64,000 nt of DNA from an uncultured Gammaproteobacteria bacterium (GTDB lineage: Bacteria; Patescibacteriota; Patescibacteriia; UBA1558; 2-01-FULL-52-15): NCBI GenBank assembly GCA_964402565.1, contig CAYOCJ010000002.1, positions 391,340-455,339 on the forward strand, in the 5' to 3' direction. The number at the start of each line of letters is the position of its first letter. The stretch's first letter is position 1. The translations under genes and the position numbers were made by a program. Positions 36,621-45,987 of this stretch are shown one piece after another. The notes under the pieces were generated by a model. It saw only the letters and a list, made by a program, of their open reading frames with translations, did not search any database and had not been told where the DNA came from.

Positions 36621-37091
36621 ATGCATTGTCCCGTGTGCTCACATTCGGAGACCAAGGTCGTTGATTCCAGAATGACCGCCGACCGGACCGGTATTCGCAG
36701 GCGACGCCAGTGCGAGAAGTGTTCTTTTCGTTTTTCGACGATAGAGCAAATAGAGATCCTGGACCTGACCGTGGTCAAGCGCGATGGCAGTAAGCAGCCC
36801 TATTCACGCGAGAAAATAGTGCAGGGTTTGCGCAAAGCGCTCGAGAAACGCTCATATACAGAAGAAAACTTTAATAATCTTGTTGCGAGGATCGAGCGCG
36901 AGATCCATAAGACGCGCAAGGACGAGCTGACCACCAAGCATATCGGCGAGATCATCATGAAGAAGCTGGAGAATTTCGATCAGGTCGGCTATATACGTTA
37001 TGCCTCGGTGTATCGGGACTTTAAAGACGTGTCCACATTCCAAAAAGAGCTGAAGAACATCATTCAGCGCCGTAAAAAGCGAAAAAACTAA
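36621..37091 (+). CDS. nrdR: Transcriptional repressor NrdR
   Basis: CPVC..IRRRRQCEKC..RFST, ATP cone, YIRYASVYRDF. Confidence 0.97.
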   Translation: MHCPVCSHSETKVVDSRMTADRTGIRRRRQCEKCSFRFSTIEQIEILDLTVVKRDGSKQPYSREKIVQGLRKALEKRSYTEENFNNLVARIEREIHKTRKDELTTKHIGEIIMKKLENFDQVGYIRYASVYRDFKDVSTFQKELKNIIQRRKKRKN

Positions 37092-37098
37092 CATACCT

Positions 37099-37431
37099 AT
37101 GTCACAGGAAATTGACGAGCTCAAGAAGATGCTCGCAGATCTGGACCAGAACGTGCTTGCTATCAGCATGACCGTACGCAAAATGCACCGTAAGATGCGC
37201 TGGTCTGCTTTTTATGATTTTCTTAAATTTGTTGTTATCTTTGGTCCCCTGATATGGGCCTATTTTGCATTTCAACCGCAGATCAAGGAATTCTACGCGA
37301 TGTACGGGAATATGACGGAGCAGTTTAGAAAGCTTGAGTCCATGCAGCAGATGCAGCAAGGTTCCAATACGAATGATCCGAATCAACTCTTGAAGCAGCT
37401 GCAGCAGCGGTACCCGCAGCCACAGCAATAA
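37099..37431 (+). CDS. Small membrane protein with coiled-coil flanks
   Basis: Fills the nrdR-prfB gap; one TM helix, Q-rich tail. Confidence 0.7.
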   Translation: MSQEIDELKKMLADLDQNVLAISMTVRKMHRKMRWSAFYDFLKFVVIFGPLIWAYFAFQPQIKEFYAMYGNMTEQFRKLESMQQMQQGSNTNDPNQLLKQLQQRYPQPQQ

Positions 37432-37440
37432 CGTTTGCCT

Positions 37441-38553
37441 ATGGATGAGCTGATACAAGCGATCCAAAAATTTAAGCAGCGCCTGGAGATCATTCAGGCG
37501 TCTTTGCATCTGGATATCGCCGAGACCCGCTTGCAAGAATTGCATGCGGTCATGGTGCAGGCTGACTTTTGGGAGGACCGCAAACGGGCACAGGACCTGT
37601 CGCAAGAAGCAGCAGATCTCGAACGCTGGGTCTCTTTCTGGAAAAAAATAGTCGCAGACACGGATGAGCTTTTGAAACTCGCTACCGAGGACGCAGCGGA
37701 TCAGACGGTCAACCTGCGTGAAGACATCGCTCAGGAACTTGCTCGACTTGAAAACCTGCTGGCGACGAAAGAAACCGAGACCTGGCTCGATGAACCGTAT
37801 GACCGGGCGCCGGCGATCATGACGATCTATAGCGGCGCCGGCGGCGTCGATGCGCAAGATTGGGCGCAAATGCTTGAGCGCATGTATCTGCGCTTTTGTG
37901 CTTTGCGAAATTGGAAAGTAACCGTGCTGCAGAGAACTCTTGGGCAGGAGGCCGGCATAAAAAATGTTACCTTGAAGATCGAGGGAGCATTCGCCTATGG
38001 CTTTTTGCGCGTTGAGTCGGGCGTACATAGACTCGTGCGTATTTCTCCGTATGACGCTGACCAATCACGACATACATCATTTGCGATGGTCGAAGTATTG
38101 CCCGAACTTGAAGAAGCGAGCTCGATCACCGTCGCAAAGGATGATGTGCGCGTCGATGTATTTCGTTCATCAGGCCATGGCGGGCAATCGGTCAATACGA
38201 CCGATTCAGCGGTGCGATTGACGCATATACCGACCGGCATCACGGTCAGCTGCCAGAACGAGCGCTCGCAGATGCAGAATAAGGCTCAGGCATGGAAGAT
38301 GCTCATGGGCAAGCTCGAAAAGTACTATTCGGCGAAGCGTGAAGAAGACCGGCAATTGTTGCGCGGAGAATTCACTGAAGCAGCCTGGGGGAATCAGATC
38401 AGGTCATATGTGCTGCATCCGTATACCATGGTAAAGGATCATCGGACAAAATATGAGTCAACGGATCCGGAGTCAGTATTAAACGGCGTATTGATGCCAT
38501 TTATCGAAGCAGCGCTCCGGAAGCAAGCATCTGACAAGCGGTCGGAAGGGTAG
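37441..38553 (+). CDS. prfB: Peptide chain release factor 2 (no internal frameshift)
   Basis: GAGGVDAQDW, HRLVRISPYD, GGQ, WGNQIRSYV. Confidence 0.96.
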   Translation: MDELIQAIQKFKQRLEIIQASLHLDIAETRLQELHAVMVQADFWEDRKRAQDLSQEAADLERWVSFWKKIVADTDELLKLATEDAADQTVNLREDIAQELARLENLLATKETETWLDEPYDRAPAIMTIYSGAGGVDAQDWAQMLERMYLRFCALRNWKVTVLQRTLGQEAGIKNVTLKIEGAFAYGFLRVESGVHRLVRISPYDADQSRHTSFAMVEVLPELEEASSITVAKDDVRVDVFRSSGHGGQSVNTTDSAVRLTHIPTGITVSCQNERSQMQNKAQAWKMLMGKLEKYYSAKREEDRQLLRGEFTEAAWGNQIRSYVLHPYTMVKDHRTKYESTDPESVLNGVLMPFIEAALRKQASDKRSEG

Positions 38554-38608
38554 CTAAGCCTTTGAATGACGGGGTAGTATCAGGTATACTTACCAGGTAC
38601 TTACTTTT

Positions 38609-39568
38609 ATGTTTGACCATATCATTCATACGCCAAGAGTACGTAAAAAAGTGGTCAAAATCCGTCACCACGTGTCTGTTTTTGCAATAGTCGCAGGCGT
38701 TATCGGGTCTGTCGTGGCGCTCAATTTGAACCTGCCGTCATTCCAGACAATTTCTATAAGCCAGGCAAGCGTTACTGCAGCTTCTCTCAGATTGATCGGT
38801 GATAATCAGCCGGTCAGTGCCGTGGGTCCTTTGCAGCTCTGGCCCCTTGCTACCATCGAGGCAAAGATTGCTGATAGCCTGGTCCATTTCGATACGGTTC
38901 AATTTCGTTTGAACGGAATATACAATGATTCATCTCTGCAAGGCATCACTTTGTATATAGATAATGTGCAGGCCGGTGTGCCGGTGCTGCCAGATGCGGA
39001 TCACATGGTGCGTTTTAAACTAGAAACTGTTGCGTTAGCAAAAGGCGCTCATACTATGAGCGTAAAGATAACTACGAATGACTCGAGCGCCAGTTCATTC
39101 CAGGCATCTTTCGATCCCTATACAGGGGTCATCACAACTACCGGGCAAGTTGTCCGTATGCAGCTGCCGTATCAGTCGGCTATAGTAACGGTCGCATCGC
39201 ATGGCGATATAGGTTCCTTCGTAAGAACAAATGATGAAGTCCGGCAACTCTATCTGTATGGCATAGCAGAAGATTTTCATTTGGAACATCTGCATATCGT
39301 TGCCAGCGAAGATATGAGCGGTACGCGCATCGATATATTGCAGGGCGGGCAATTCCTTGCCACCGGCGTATTCGCAAAGACTGAAGCAGATATTGATATG
39401 CGCGATGTATCACCGCTGGTATTGCGCGACAAGAATCTCATACTCTCTCTCAACGTCATTCCGCAACTGCAAAAAAATGCGTCAATGACGCTCGATGGCA
39501 TTCAGGCATCCGGCGTTGTCTCACAACAGGAACTGGTTTTTTCTCCGCATTTGCAGCTATTGCCATAA
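38609..39568 (+). CDS. Hypothetical membrane-anchored beta-rich protein
   Basis: 319-aa ORF with one N-terminal hydrophobic segment; no recognised motif. Confidence 0.65.
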   Translation: MFDHIIHTPRVRKKVVKIRHHVSVFAIVAGVIGSVVALNLNLPSFQTISISQASVTAASLRLIGDNQPVSAVGPLQLWPLATIEAKIADSLVHFDTVQFRLNGIYNDSSLQGITLYIDNVQAGVPVLPDADHMVRFKLETVALAKGAHTMSVKITTNDSSASSFQASFDPYTGVITTTGQVVRMQLPYQSAIVTVASHGDIGSFVRTNDEVRQLYLYGIAEDFHLEHLHIVASEDMSGTRIDILQGGQFLATGVFAKTEADIDMRDVSPLVLRDKNLILSLNVIPQLQKNASMTLDGIQASGVVSQQELVFSPHLQLLP

Positions 39569-39618
39569 ACCTGCAGGCTTGCTAGTGTTTTGCTATTCAG
39601 GGCACAACGATATTTTGT

Positions 39619-41070
39619 ATGGTGCCCGTGTCTGCACTGTTACGACAGGGGAGTATCAGTTTTTTATTTGGATTAGGTGTGGGAACTCTCGTTCTCGACA
39701 CAGCTTTGCATCAGCAATTTTTGATCATGGTCCTGGGCTGTACCGGGGCGCTTTGTGTTGCGCTGGGGCTTTTTTCTCATAAGCGTTTTTTTATTTTTGC
39801 AGGCCTGGCTATCATAGGATGCTGGTATATCGTGTTCCGGTCGTCATTGCTCATCGTTCCATTTTCAAATATATCTCGTGCAGAAGGCGTTATTTATTTC
39901 GTAGAGCCTTTGCTCAGCAAGCAGCGCCTGATCGTAACGCTCAGCAAGCCGTCAGTACTGGCTGGTCGAAATATTTTCGTGTACGCGGAACGGTTCCCTG
40001 ATCATTTTGTCGGGGAACGGGTGCAACTTGGCTGCATGCTCGAACAGCCGGAACCGATCGAGGACTTTGCATTTGATAAGTATGCAGAACGGCGCGGCAT
40101 AGTCGGCGTCTGCCGCTATCCGAAATTGAGCGTGATCGGCCATGAGCACAGTCTTGCCGCTGCGCTGGATCGCCTGCGAAAGGTATATTCGGATTCCTTT
40201 ACAAAAAATATGCCTGCTGCAGAGGACACGTTGCTGCAGGCAATGGTCTTGAATAAAACAGGCGAGTTTCCGAGTAATTTACTTGCTTCTTTTGCGTCCA
40301 GCGGTTTGAGCCACAGTATTTCTATTTCTGGCCTGCATATGGCGCTTCTGATCGCGGCTGTTGAGCTGCTCATGGGCGCATCCGGCCTGAGCAGGCGAGT
40401 ACGACTCACCGCTTTGATAGTCGGTTTAGGCATCTATCTCATTCTATTGGGTTTTCCATCGCCTGCAGTTCGTTCATGCATCATGGGTGTAGCTATGATC
40501 TTTGGAAAATATTCAGGGCGTCAAACAGACGGAGTGCATATCCTGCTTCTCACTGCGACCGTCATGCTGCTCCAGAATCCGCTGCTCATGGGTTTTGATA
40601 TCGGCTTTCAATTATCGTGCCTGGCATTACTGGGCATGGGTCTGACCAATGCGCATTGGCAACAATTGCTATTTTTTCTGCCGGAGCGTTTTGGTATTCG
40701 CGACGTGTTTGCGGCTACCTGTTCAGCACAATTTTTCACCTGGCCTTTGACCATATACTATTTTGGAACGTTTTCATTCATAGCGCCGATAGCAAATGCA
40801 TTCGTATTGCCGCTTCTGCCATTGATGCTGTCGTTTGCTTTTGTGACGCCTTTGCTTTCATGCATGCCATTCATCTATCCGGCAGCTCTGGTACTATTGT
40901 TCAGCGTTACGAAGCTCATGAATTCGTTGGTCGTATTCTTCGGAGCGATTCCCTTTGCTTCCGTTAAACAAATGCAGATCTCGTCCTCGCAAGCCCTATT
41001 CGCTTTAGGGTGTATGGCTATGGTAACCTATCTATGGCATCGATTTGATAACTATCGTACGCATGAGTAA
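39619..41070 (+). CDS. comEC: ComEC membrane (competence) domain protein
   Basis: SHSISISGLH, PAVRSCIM, NP...DIGFQLS, multiple TM helices. Confidence 0.92.
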   Translation: MVPVSALLRQGSISFLFGLGVGTLVLDTALHQQFLIMVLGCTGALCVALGLFSHKRFFIFAGLAIIGCWYIVFRSSLLIVPFSNISRAEGVIYFVEPLLSKQRLIVTLSKPSVLAGRNIFVYAERFPDHFVGERVQLGCMLEQPEPIEDFAFDKYAERRGIVGVCRYPKLSVIGHEHSLAAALDRLRKVYSDSFTKNMPAAEDTLLQAMVLNKTGEFPSNLLASFASSGLSHSISISGLHMALLIAAVELLMGASGLSRRVRLTALIVGLGIYLILLGFPSPAVRSCIMGVAMIFGKYSGRQTDGVHILLLTATVMLLQNPLLMGFDIGFQLSCLALLGMGLTNAHWQQLLFFLPERFGIRDVFAATCSAQFFTWPLTIYYFGTFSFIAPIANAFVLPLLPLMLSFAFVTPLLSCMPFIYPAALVLLFSVTKLMNSLVVFFGAIPFASVKQMQISSSQALFALGCMAMVTYLWHRFDNYRTHE

Positions 41071-41971
41071 GATCATACGATTAATCTACGGAGTGACCGT
41101 TGTCGTGTTTCTGGCGAGCATGTTCATCGCTATTCCGGTTACGTTGCATAGCGCCACACCACCGGAATTACAGGTGTATTTTCTTGACATTGGACAAGGC
41201 GACTCGATACTGATCGAAACGCCCGAGCATGTTTCAATTTTGGTTGATGCAGGGTCTGATGGACGCGTCGTGCAGCAATTGGGAGAAGTATTGCCATGGT
41301 GGCAGCGGAAGATAGATTATATTCTCTGGACGCATCCGGACCACGATCATTATGGCGGCTTCCAAAGCGTGTTGCAAAAGTATCAGATCGGCCAGGCATT
41401 ATGGAATGGCGACGAAGATTCTTCGCGTGCGTTTCAGAGTCTGCTGCAAGAGGTGCGGCAAAGAAATATTCCGCTGCGGAAAATTTCCCAGGGAGATGTA
41501 TTCCAATGGTCCTCTGGGACGAGTTTGCGTATTGTATGGCCGCCGGAATCCTACCTTTCGAAGGATAAGAATAATCGATCGATAACAGGTTTGCTGAGCT
41601 ATGGCAATGAGGATTACCTTTTGACCGGCGATTTGCCTCAAGCTGAGGAGGCGCAGATGATGGGCCAGTACCCGAGTCTGACCGCCGAAGTATTGAAAGT
41701 AGGCCATCACGGCAGCAAGGGTTCGTCCGGTGCCGGCTTTCTGGCTGCATTGCGCCCGCAATACTGCATCATCTCAGTCGGCAAAGATAATACCTATGGG
41801 CACCCGAATCCTGAGGCGATACAGCGCCTGAAAGACGCTCATTGCGAGATACATACCACTGCAGACGAGGGCAGGGTGACTGTGATGACCGATGGCAGCA
41901 CGCTCACCTATGGCCATGAGGGTTTTGTCTTGTGGAAATCAATGGAATACGCTATACTTTCTATGTTTTAA
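41063..41971 (+). CDS. ComEC-type metallo-beta-lactamase domain as a separate protein
   Basis: LDIGQGD, THPDHDHYGG, LTGD, KVGHHGS, NTYGHP. Confidence 0.92.
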   Translation: MSKIIRLIYGVTVVVFLASMFIAIPVTLHSATPPELQVYFLDIGQGDSILIETPEHVSILVDAGSDGRVVQQLGEVLPWWQRKIDYILWTHPDHDHYGGFQSVLQKYQIGQALWNGDEDSSRAFQSLLQEVRQRNIPLRKISQGDVFQWSSGTSLRIVWPPESYLSKDKNNRSITGLLSYGNEDYLLTGDLPQAEEAQMMGQYPSLTAEVLKVGHHGSKGSSGAGFLAALRPQYCIISVGKDNTYGHPNPEAIQRLKDAHCEIHTTADEGRVTVMTDGSTLTYGHEGFVLWKSMEYAILSMF

Positions 41972-42002
41972 GCTGAATTTTCAGCTGATAATCAACAAAA
42001 CT

Positions 42003-42377
42003 ATGGCAGACAAGAAAAAAATATTGGTCATCGAGGATGAGGAAATGCTCTCGACCATGTATAAGGTGAAATTCGAAAATGACGGTTATGACGTTTCAGT
42101 CGCGAATAACGGCGCTGACGGTCTGGAGCTTGCGCCTAAGGTCATGCCGAACCTCATTTTGCTTGATATCATCATGCCGAAGATCGATGGATTTGCTGTT
42201 TTAAAAAAGCTCAAAGAAGATCCGAAGACGAAAGATATACCGGTCATCATGTTGACGAATTTAGGGCAGGATGAGGATATTTCACGCGGTAAAGAAATGG
42301 GCTCAGCAGGATATTTGATCAAAGCAAATAATACGCCTGCAGAAGTAGTCGAAAAAGCGAAAGTATATATCAAGTAA
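42003..42377 (+). CDS. Stand-alone response regulator receiver
   Basis: ILVIEDE, LLDIIMP, MLTN, YLIK. Confidence 0.93.
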   Translation: MADKKKILVIEDEEMLSTMYKVKFENDGYDVSVANNGADGLELAPKVMPNLILLDIIMPKIDGFAVLKKLKEDPKTKDIPVIMLTNLGQDEDISRGKEMGSAGYLIKANNTPAEVVEKAKVYIK

Positions 42378-42387
42378 CAGATCACGT

Positions 42388-42993
42388 ATGTCGAATGCAG
42401 GCAAAGACCTCATGCAACAATCCGTCGTCCTCGTAAAACCAGATGGCGTTTCGAGAGGCTTGGTCGGAGAGATCATCACCCGCTTTGAAAAAGCGGGATT
42501 TAAGATAGTGGCGATGAAGATGGTCTGGGTAGATAAAGAACTTGTCATGAAGCATTACCCAGAATCCCGTACTGCGCTCATGGAAGCGATCGGCAATAAG
42601 ACACTTGAGAGTTATGCGAAATTCGGCAAAGATGCACAAGAAGAGCTCGGCACTATGGATCCGAAGGCAATAGGCATGATGGTAAATAAATGGAACATAG
42701 ATTTTTTGAGCTCAGGACCGGTCGTGGCAATGCTGCTTGAGGGCGTGCAGGCGATCGAAAGCATCCGACTTATGGTCGGACATACGATCCCGGCAGTTTC
42801 GGCGCCAGGCACTATTCGAGGAGATTATTCGATCGATTCTCCAGCGCTGGCAAATGCACGCAAGCGTCCGTTGCGAAATCTCGTGCATGCTTCAGGCAAC
42901 GAAGAAGAAGCGAAATACGAGAAAGAACTGTGGTTCCACCAGAGTGAAATTCATGCGTACAAGCGTTCTGATGAAGAAGTGATGTTTGGGTAA
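42388..42993 (+). CDS. ndk: Nucleoside diphosphate kinase
   Basis: VKPDGV.RGLVGEII, PGTIRGD, NLVHAS. Confidence 0.95.
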   Translation: MSNAGKDLMQQSVVLVKPDGVSRGLVGEIITRFEKAGFKIVAMKMVWVDKELVMKHYPESRTALMEAIGNKTLESYAKFGKDAQEELGTMDPKAIGMMVNKWNIDFLSSGPVVAMLLEGVQAIESIRLMVGHTIPAVSAPGTIRGDYSIDSPALANARKRPLRNLVHASGNEEEAKYEKELWFHQSEIHAYKRSDEEVMFG

Positions 42994-43010
42994 AACCCTT
43001 TTCTGGGTAT

Positions 43011-43349
43011 ATGAAGAAAGGATTCGAAACCGCGTCTGATCAACTTCCTGGAGATACGCCTATTTTTTTGCCCGAAGGCGCTCGAGAGCGATTAAGTGAT
43101 GCTGAGTTTGCTGAGTTCATGGAATTGCGAGAGCAATGGATGCGCGATTTTGAGCATGTAACATCTGATGATCCGGAGGTACGACAGCTCGCCTATTGGG
43201 AGATGGAAGAAAGGGCGAGTGGTAAGTCGCCAGAAGAAAGAGCTGCGCATGATGAGGCATTTTTAGCTCGAAAAGCTCGCTATAATGAATTACGTCGTAA
43301 ACTGGGCATAGGGGTGATCGCAGAAGATTCAGTTTTAAGAGTCGAATAG
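43011..43349 (+). CDS. Hypothetical charged helical protein
   Basis: 112-aa ORF between ndk and a promoter; no motif. Confidence 0.55.
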   Translation: MKKGFETASDQLPGDTPIFLPEGARERLSDAEFAEFMELREQWMRDFEHVTSDDPEVRQLAYWEMEERASGKSPEERAAHDEAFLARKARYNELRRKLGIGVIAEDSVLRVE

Positions 43350-43368
43350 TCATACGTTGACATTTTGA

Positions 43369-43397
43369 TTGACTTCCAAAAAGCGGAGGGTTACACT
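43369..43397 (+). promoter_or_regulatory. sigma70 promoter
   Basis: TTGACT, 17 bp, TACACT; predicted start ~43404, at the base of a long stem. Confidence 0.7.
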
Positions 43398-43403
43398 GAA
43401 AGT

Positions 43404-43533
43404 AGCCCTCTTCTTTGAAATGTACATGTGCTCTACCTTTGCCTAGGGATCCTCATATTAACCAAGGCCGTGGCCTTAGTTTGCGGGAACCCACCTGACT
43501 TTCAGGGGCAAATGTATATTCCTAGAAAGGGGC
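43404..43533 (+). ncRNA. 6S RNA-like structured RNA (candidate)
   Basis: Closing stem 43405-43434 with 43505-43533, central unpaired bubble, and apical stem 43446-43492 ending in AAGGC-CGTG-GCCTT. Confidence 0.55.
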
Positions 43534-43675
43534 AATTGTAATCACAAGACTTGGTCCTACGGCTCACGCTGTATCGGATGAAGAAGCCGAGGACTCGGTC
43601 TTCGTGTGCTTCAAAAAAGAACAGCCAACTATGGCTGTTTATTTGTTTGCTCTGGTGCGGTATACTTATTGGCGT

Positions 43676-44071
43676 ATGACAGGTTCGTTCTTACGACGAT
43701 GGGCGCTGGGATCTATCGCTTCAGGCATCGTATTTTTGGCAGGCGGAGGAGTGTCGTTTGACACCTACTATGCTGCCATTATGATCGCTTTGATATTGGG
43801 CGCTGCAAATGCCGCCATGCCGTATATTATCAGCATGATGACCTTCATGAGCACGGTTCTGACTCTCGGACTCGCAACGCTCATTGCGAATGCATTGCTG
43901 CTTAACGTACTTGCAACCGCGGGGCTCGGGATTCATTTTGAATCATTCGACCGGATGTTGCTCATAGCGATCATGATCTCAACGATAGCCTGGTTTTCAA
44001 CTATGGCTATGGATAGGCCATTACCAAGTAATAAAAAACCGTATGAGGACGTATCTCATTTTAATCGATAG
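43676..44071 (+). CDS. 4-TM membrane protein, YvlD/phage holin superfamily IV-like
   Basis: A..IALILGAANA...TVLTLGL.TLIANALLL; start uncertain (43631 or 43676). Confidence 0.75.
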   Translation: MTGSFLRRWALGSIASGIVFLAGGGVSFDTYYAAIMIALILGAANAAMPYIISMMTFMSTVLTLGLATLIANALLLNVLATAGLGIHFESFDRMLLIAIMISTIAWFSTMAMDRPLPSNKKPYEDVSHFNR

Positions 44072-44477
44072 CGCGAAACTATTTTTCATCAATGTGTTCA
44101 TGTATACTATTTTTTTGGAAAGCTATATTTTTGCAATTCTTTTTCAGCGACGTTTCCAGGTTGAGCTCCCGTTCATTTCTTTGTTCATAGCGGGGATCTT
44201 CACCTTTATTGCAGTGACGGTCTGGATCAATCTTGCTCGTTTCTGGTATATCAAGATCAAATCAATACGAGCCATGCTGATACGTTCGCTTTGGTCAGAA
44301 GTGCCGTTCGGTATGCTTATCCTCATCATACTTCTTTCAACCGTGGCTACCATCCAGCCATTTGGCAATATCTCTGAAGCAAAGGACCTGCTGGTTGCTT
44401 TCATAGGCTATCTGATCATCTTCCCGCTGATCATGGTGATGACCAAGTCGCATACGGAGAAGGTGGCCGCAATGTAA
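44043..44477 (+). CDS. Hypothetical 4-TM membrane protein
   Basis: Hydrophobic 144-aa ORF followed by a terminator. Confidence 0.6.
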   Translation: MRTYLILIDSAKLFFINVFMYTIFLESYIFAILFQRRFQVELPFISLFIAGIFTFIAVTVWINLARFWYIKIKSIRAMLIRSLWSEVPFGMLILIILLSTVATIQPFGNISEAKDLLVAFIGYLIIFPLIMVMTKSHTEKVAAM

Positions 44478-44490
44478 GTACGCTCATGAC

Positions 44491-44522
44491 AAAACCGCCC
44501 CGATATATATCGGGGCGGTTTT
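44491..44522. terminator. Bidirectional terminator (perfect 32-bp palindrome)
   Basis: AAAACCGCCCCGATAT/ATATCGGGGCGGTTTT between convergent genes. Confidence 0.85.
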
Positions 44523-44543
44523 AGGTTTACTGTATTGAAGATG

Positions 44544-44741
44544 TTATGCTGCAACCTTTTCTTTCATCTTCATGGTTCTGTTCATGGTGCGGATACAAGA
44601 AGTGCAAACCATCTGGCGCATGCCATTAACCATGCGACGCTGGAGATTGACCATCATGCGTCTCTTCGTTGCAATATTAGAATGGCTGCGTGAATTCGCA
44701 GTCTTTGGTCCCCGGTGGCAGATTGCGCACATCTTTGCCAT
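44544..44741 (-). CDS. rpmB: 50S ribosomal protein bL28
   Basis: CAIC...NSRSHSNIATKRR..VNLQ...VCTSCIRT. Confidence 0.95.
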   Translation of the reverse strand: MAKMCAICHRGPKTANSRSHSNIATKRRMMVNLQRRMVNGMRQMVCTSCIRTMNRTMKMKEKVAA

Positions 44742-44787
44742 AGATAATTGAATATTTGACTGAATGCTCGTATACTGAACAGAAGAG

Positions 44788-44816
44788 AGTATAGTTAAAA
44801 ATATCTAACTTGTCAA
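44788..44816 (-). promoter_or_regulatory. sigma70 promoter for rpmB
   Basis: Minus strand TTGACA, 17 bp, TATACT. Confidence 0.75.
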
Positions 44817-44822
44817 CACTCG

Positions 44823-45455
44823 ATGTTGTTCCAACTATTACAGACGAGCGCACCGCTTGCACTTGCGATGATCGCAGCGCTTGTTTTGACCATAACCATA
44901 CATGAGTTCGCTCATGCGCTCGCAGGCTATTTGCAGGGCGATATGACCGCGCGTGATGCTGGCCGTCTGACGCTCAACCCATTAGCTCATCTGGATCCTT
45001 TGGGATCATTGATGCTTTTGCTTGCCGGATTCGGGTGGGGCAGGCCAACGCCGTATAACCCGCATTATTTGAAATATCCCAAATGGGGGCCTTTGCTCGT
45101 GGCTTTGGCCGGGCCGATCTCAAATTTCATTGGTGCAGCCGTCAGTTTAGGGTTATTGATCGCATTGAGCTCGCTCTATTCAGCCGATAACCTGCTCATG
45201 GTCTTTTTGACTTATCTTTTTTTCACCAATGTCATGCTCATGCTTTTCAATCTTCTCCCCATACCGCCTTTAGACGGATCGCAAATACTCATCACGGTGC
45301 TGCCGGACCGGTTTAACCGTTTTAAGTTCTTTATTTTACAAAATGGCCCTTATATTTTACTTGGCTTGATACTCATCGAGAACTTCACTTCCATTCGTAT
45401 TTTCAGCGGTTTATACGATTACATGCTTCATTTCATCTTGAAATTGCTGGGTTAG
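44823..45455 (+). CDS. Site-2 protease (M50 family)
   Basis: HEFAH, GRLTLNP, AGP.SN, FNLLPIPPLDG. Confidence 0.95.
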   Translation: MLFQLLQTSAPLALAMIAALVLTITIHEFAHALAGYLQGDMTARDAGRLTLNPLAHLDPLGSLMLLLAGFGWGRPTPYNPHYLKYPKWGPLLVALAGPISNFIGAAVSLGLLIALSSLYSADNLLMVFLTYLFFTNVMLMLFNLLPIPPLDGSQILITVLPDRFNRFKFFILQNGPYILLGLILIENFTSIRIFSGLYDYMLHFILKLLG

Positions 45456-45467
45456 CAACTCCTATTC

Positions 45468-45496
45468 TTGACTGCCACTAGCCTTTCTGCTATTCT
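45468..45496 (+). promoter_or_regulatory. str operon promoter
   Basis: TTGACT, 17 bp, TG-n-TATTCT. Confidence 0.65.
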
Positions 45497-45555
45497 ATTC
45501 GCACGTATATCCTTTAAAGCCCTTTAAAGATAAGGGACTTTTTTTGTGAGAAACT

Positions 45556-45984
45556 ATGCCAACCGTCAATCAATTACTGCGAAAAGCCCGTAAACCAACC
45601 AAATATAAGTCAAAAACGCCTGCATTGCAGACGACTTTGAATACACTTCGACGCAGCAAGCGTGATCTTCAGAAGGGCAGCGCTTTTAAGCGTGGCGTCT
45701 GTGTGAAAGTGACCACCACGACACCGAAGAAACCGAACTCAGCTTTGCGTAAGATAGCTCGTGTCAGGCTTTCGAATGGCGTTGAAGTCACCGCCTATAT
45801 TCCTGGTATCGGGCATAATTTGCAGGAACACTCCATTGTATTGATCCGCGGAGGTCGTGTGAAAGATCTGCCGGGTGTCCGCTATCATATCGTACGCGGT
45901 GTTTATGATGCACAGGGTGTTGCGAACCGAAAGCAGGGCCGCAGCCTCTATGGCGCAAAGCGTGAGAAAGCTAAGAAAGGGTAA
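45556..45984 (+). CDS. rpsL: 30S ribosomal protein uS12
   Basis: [21 protein letters not shown]. Confidence 0.99.
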   Translation: MPTVNQLLRKARKPTKYKSKTPALQTTLNTLRRSKRDLQKGSAFKRGVCVKVTTTTPKKPNSALRKIARVRLSNGVEVTAYIPGIGHNLQEHSIVLIRGGRVKDLPGVRYHIVRGVYDAQGVANRKQGRSLYGAKREKAKKG

Positions 45985-45987
45985 TCT

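Noticed and set aside
37102-38064. Long antisense ORFs (e.g. 320 aa opposite prfB, 238 aa opposite rplC/rplD)
   Set aside because: Shadow frames of conserved genes with no recognisable motifs.
43676-44071. Prophage lysis cassette
   Set aside because: The holin-like family is commonly chromosomal; no endolysin or other phage genes are nearby.
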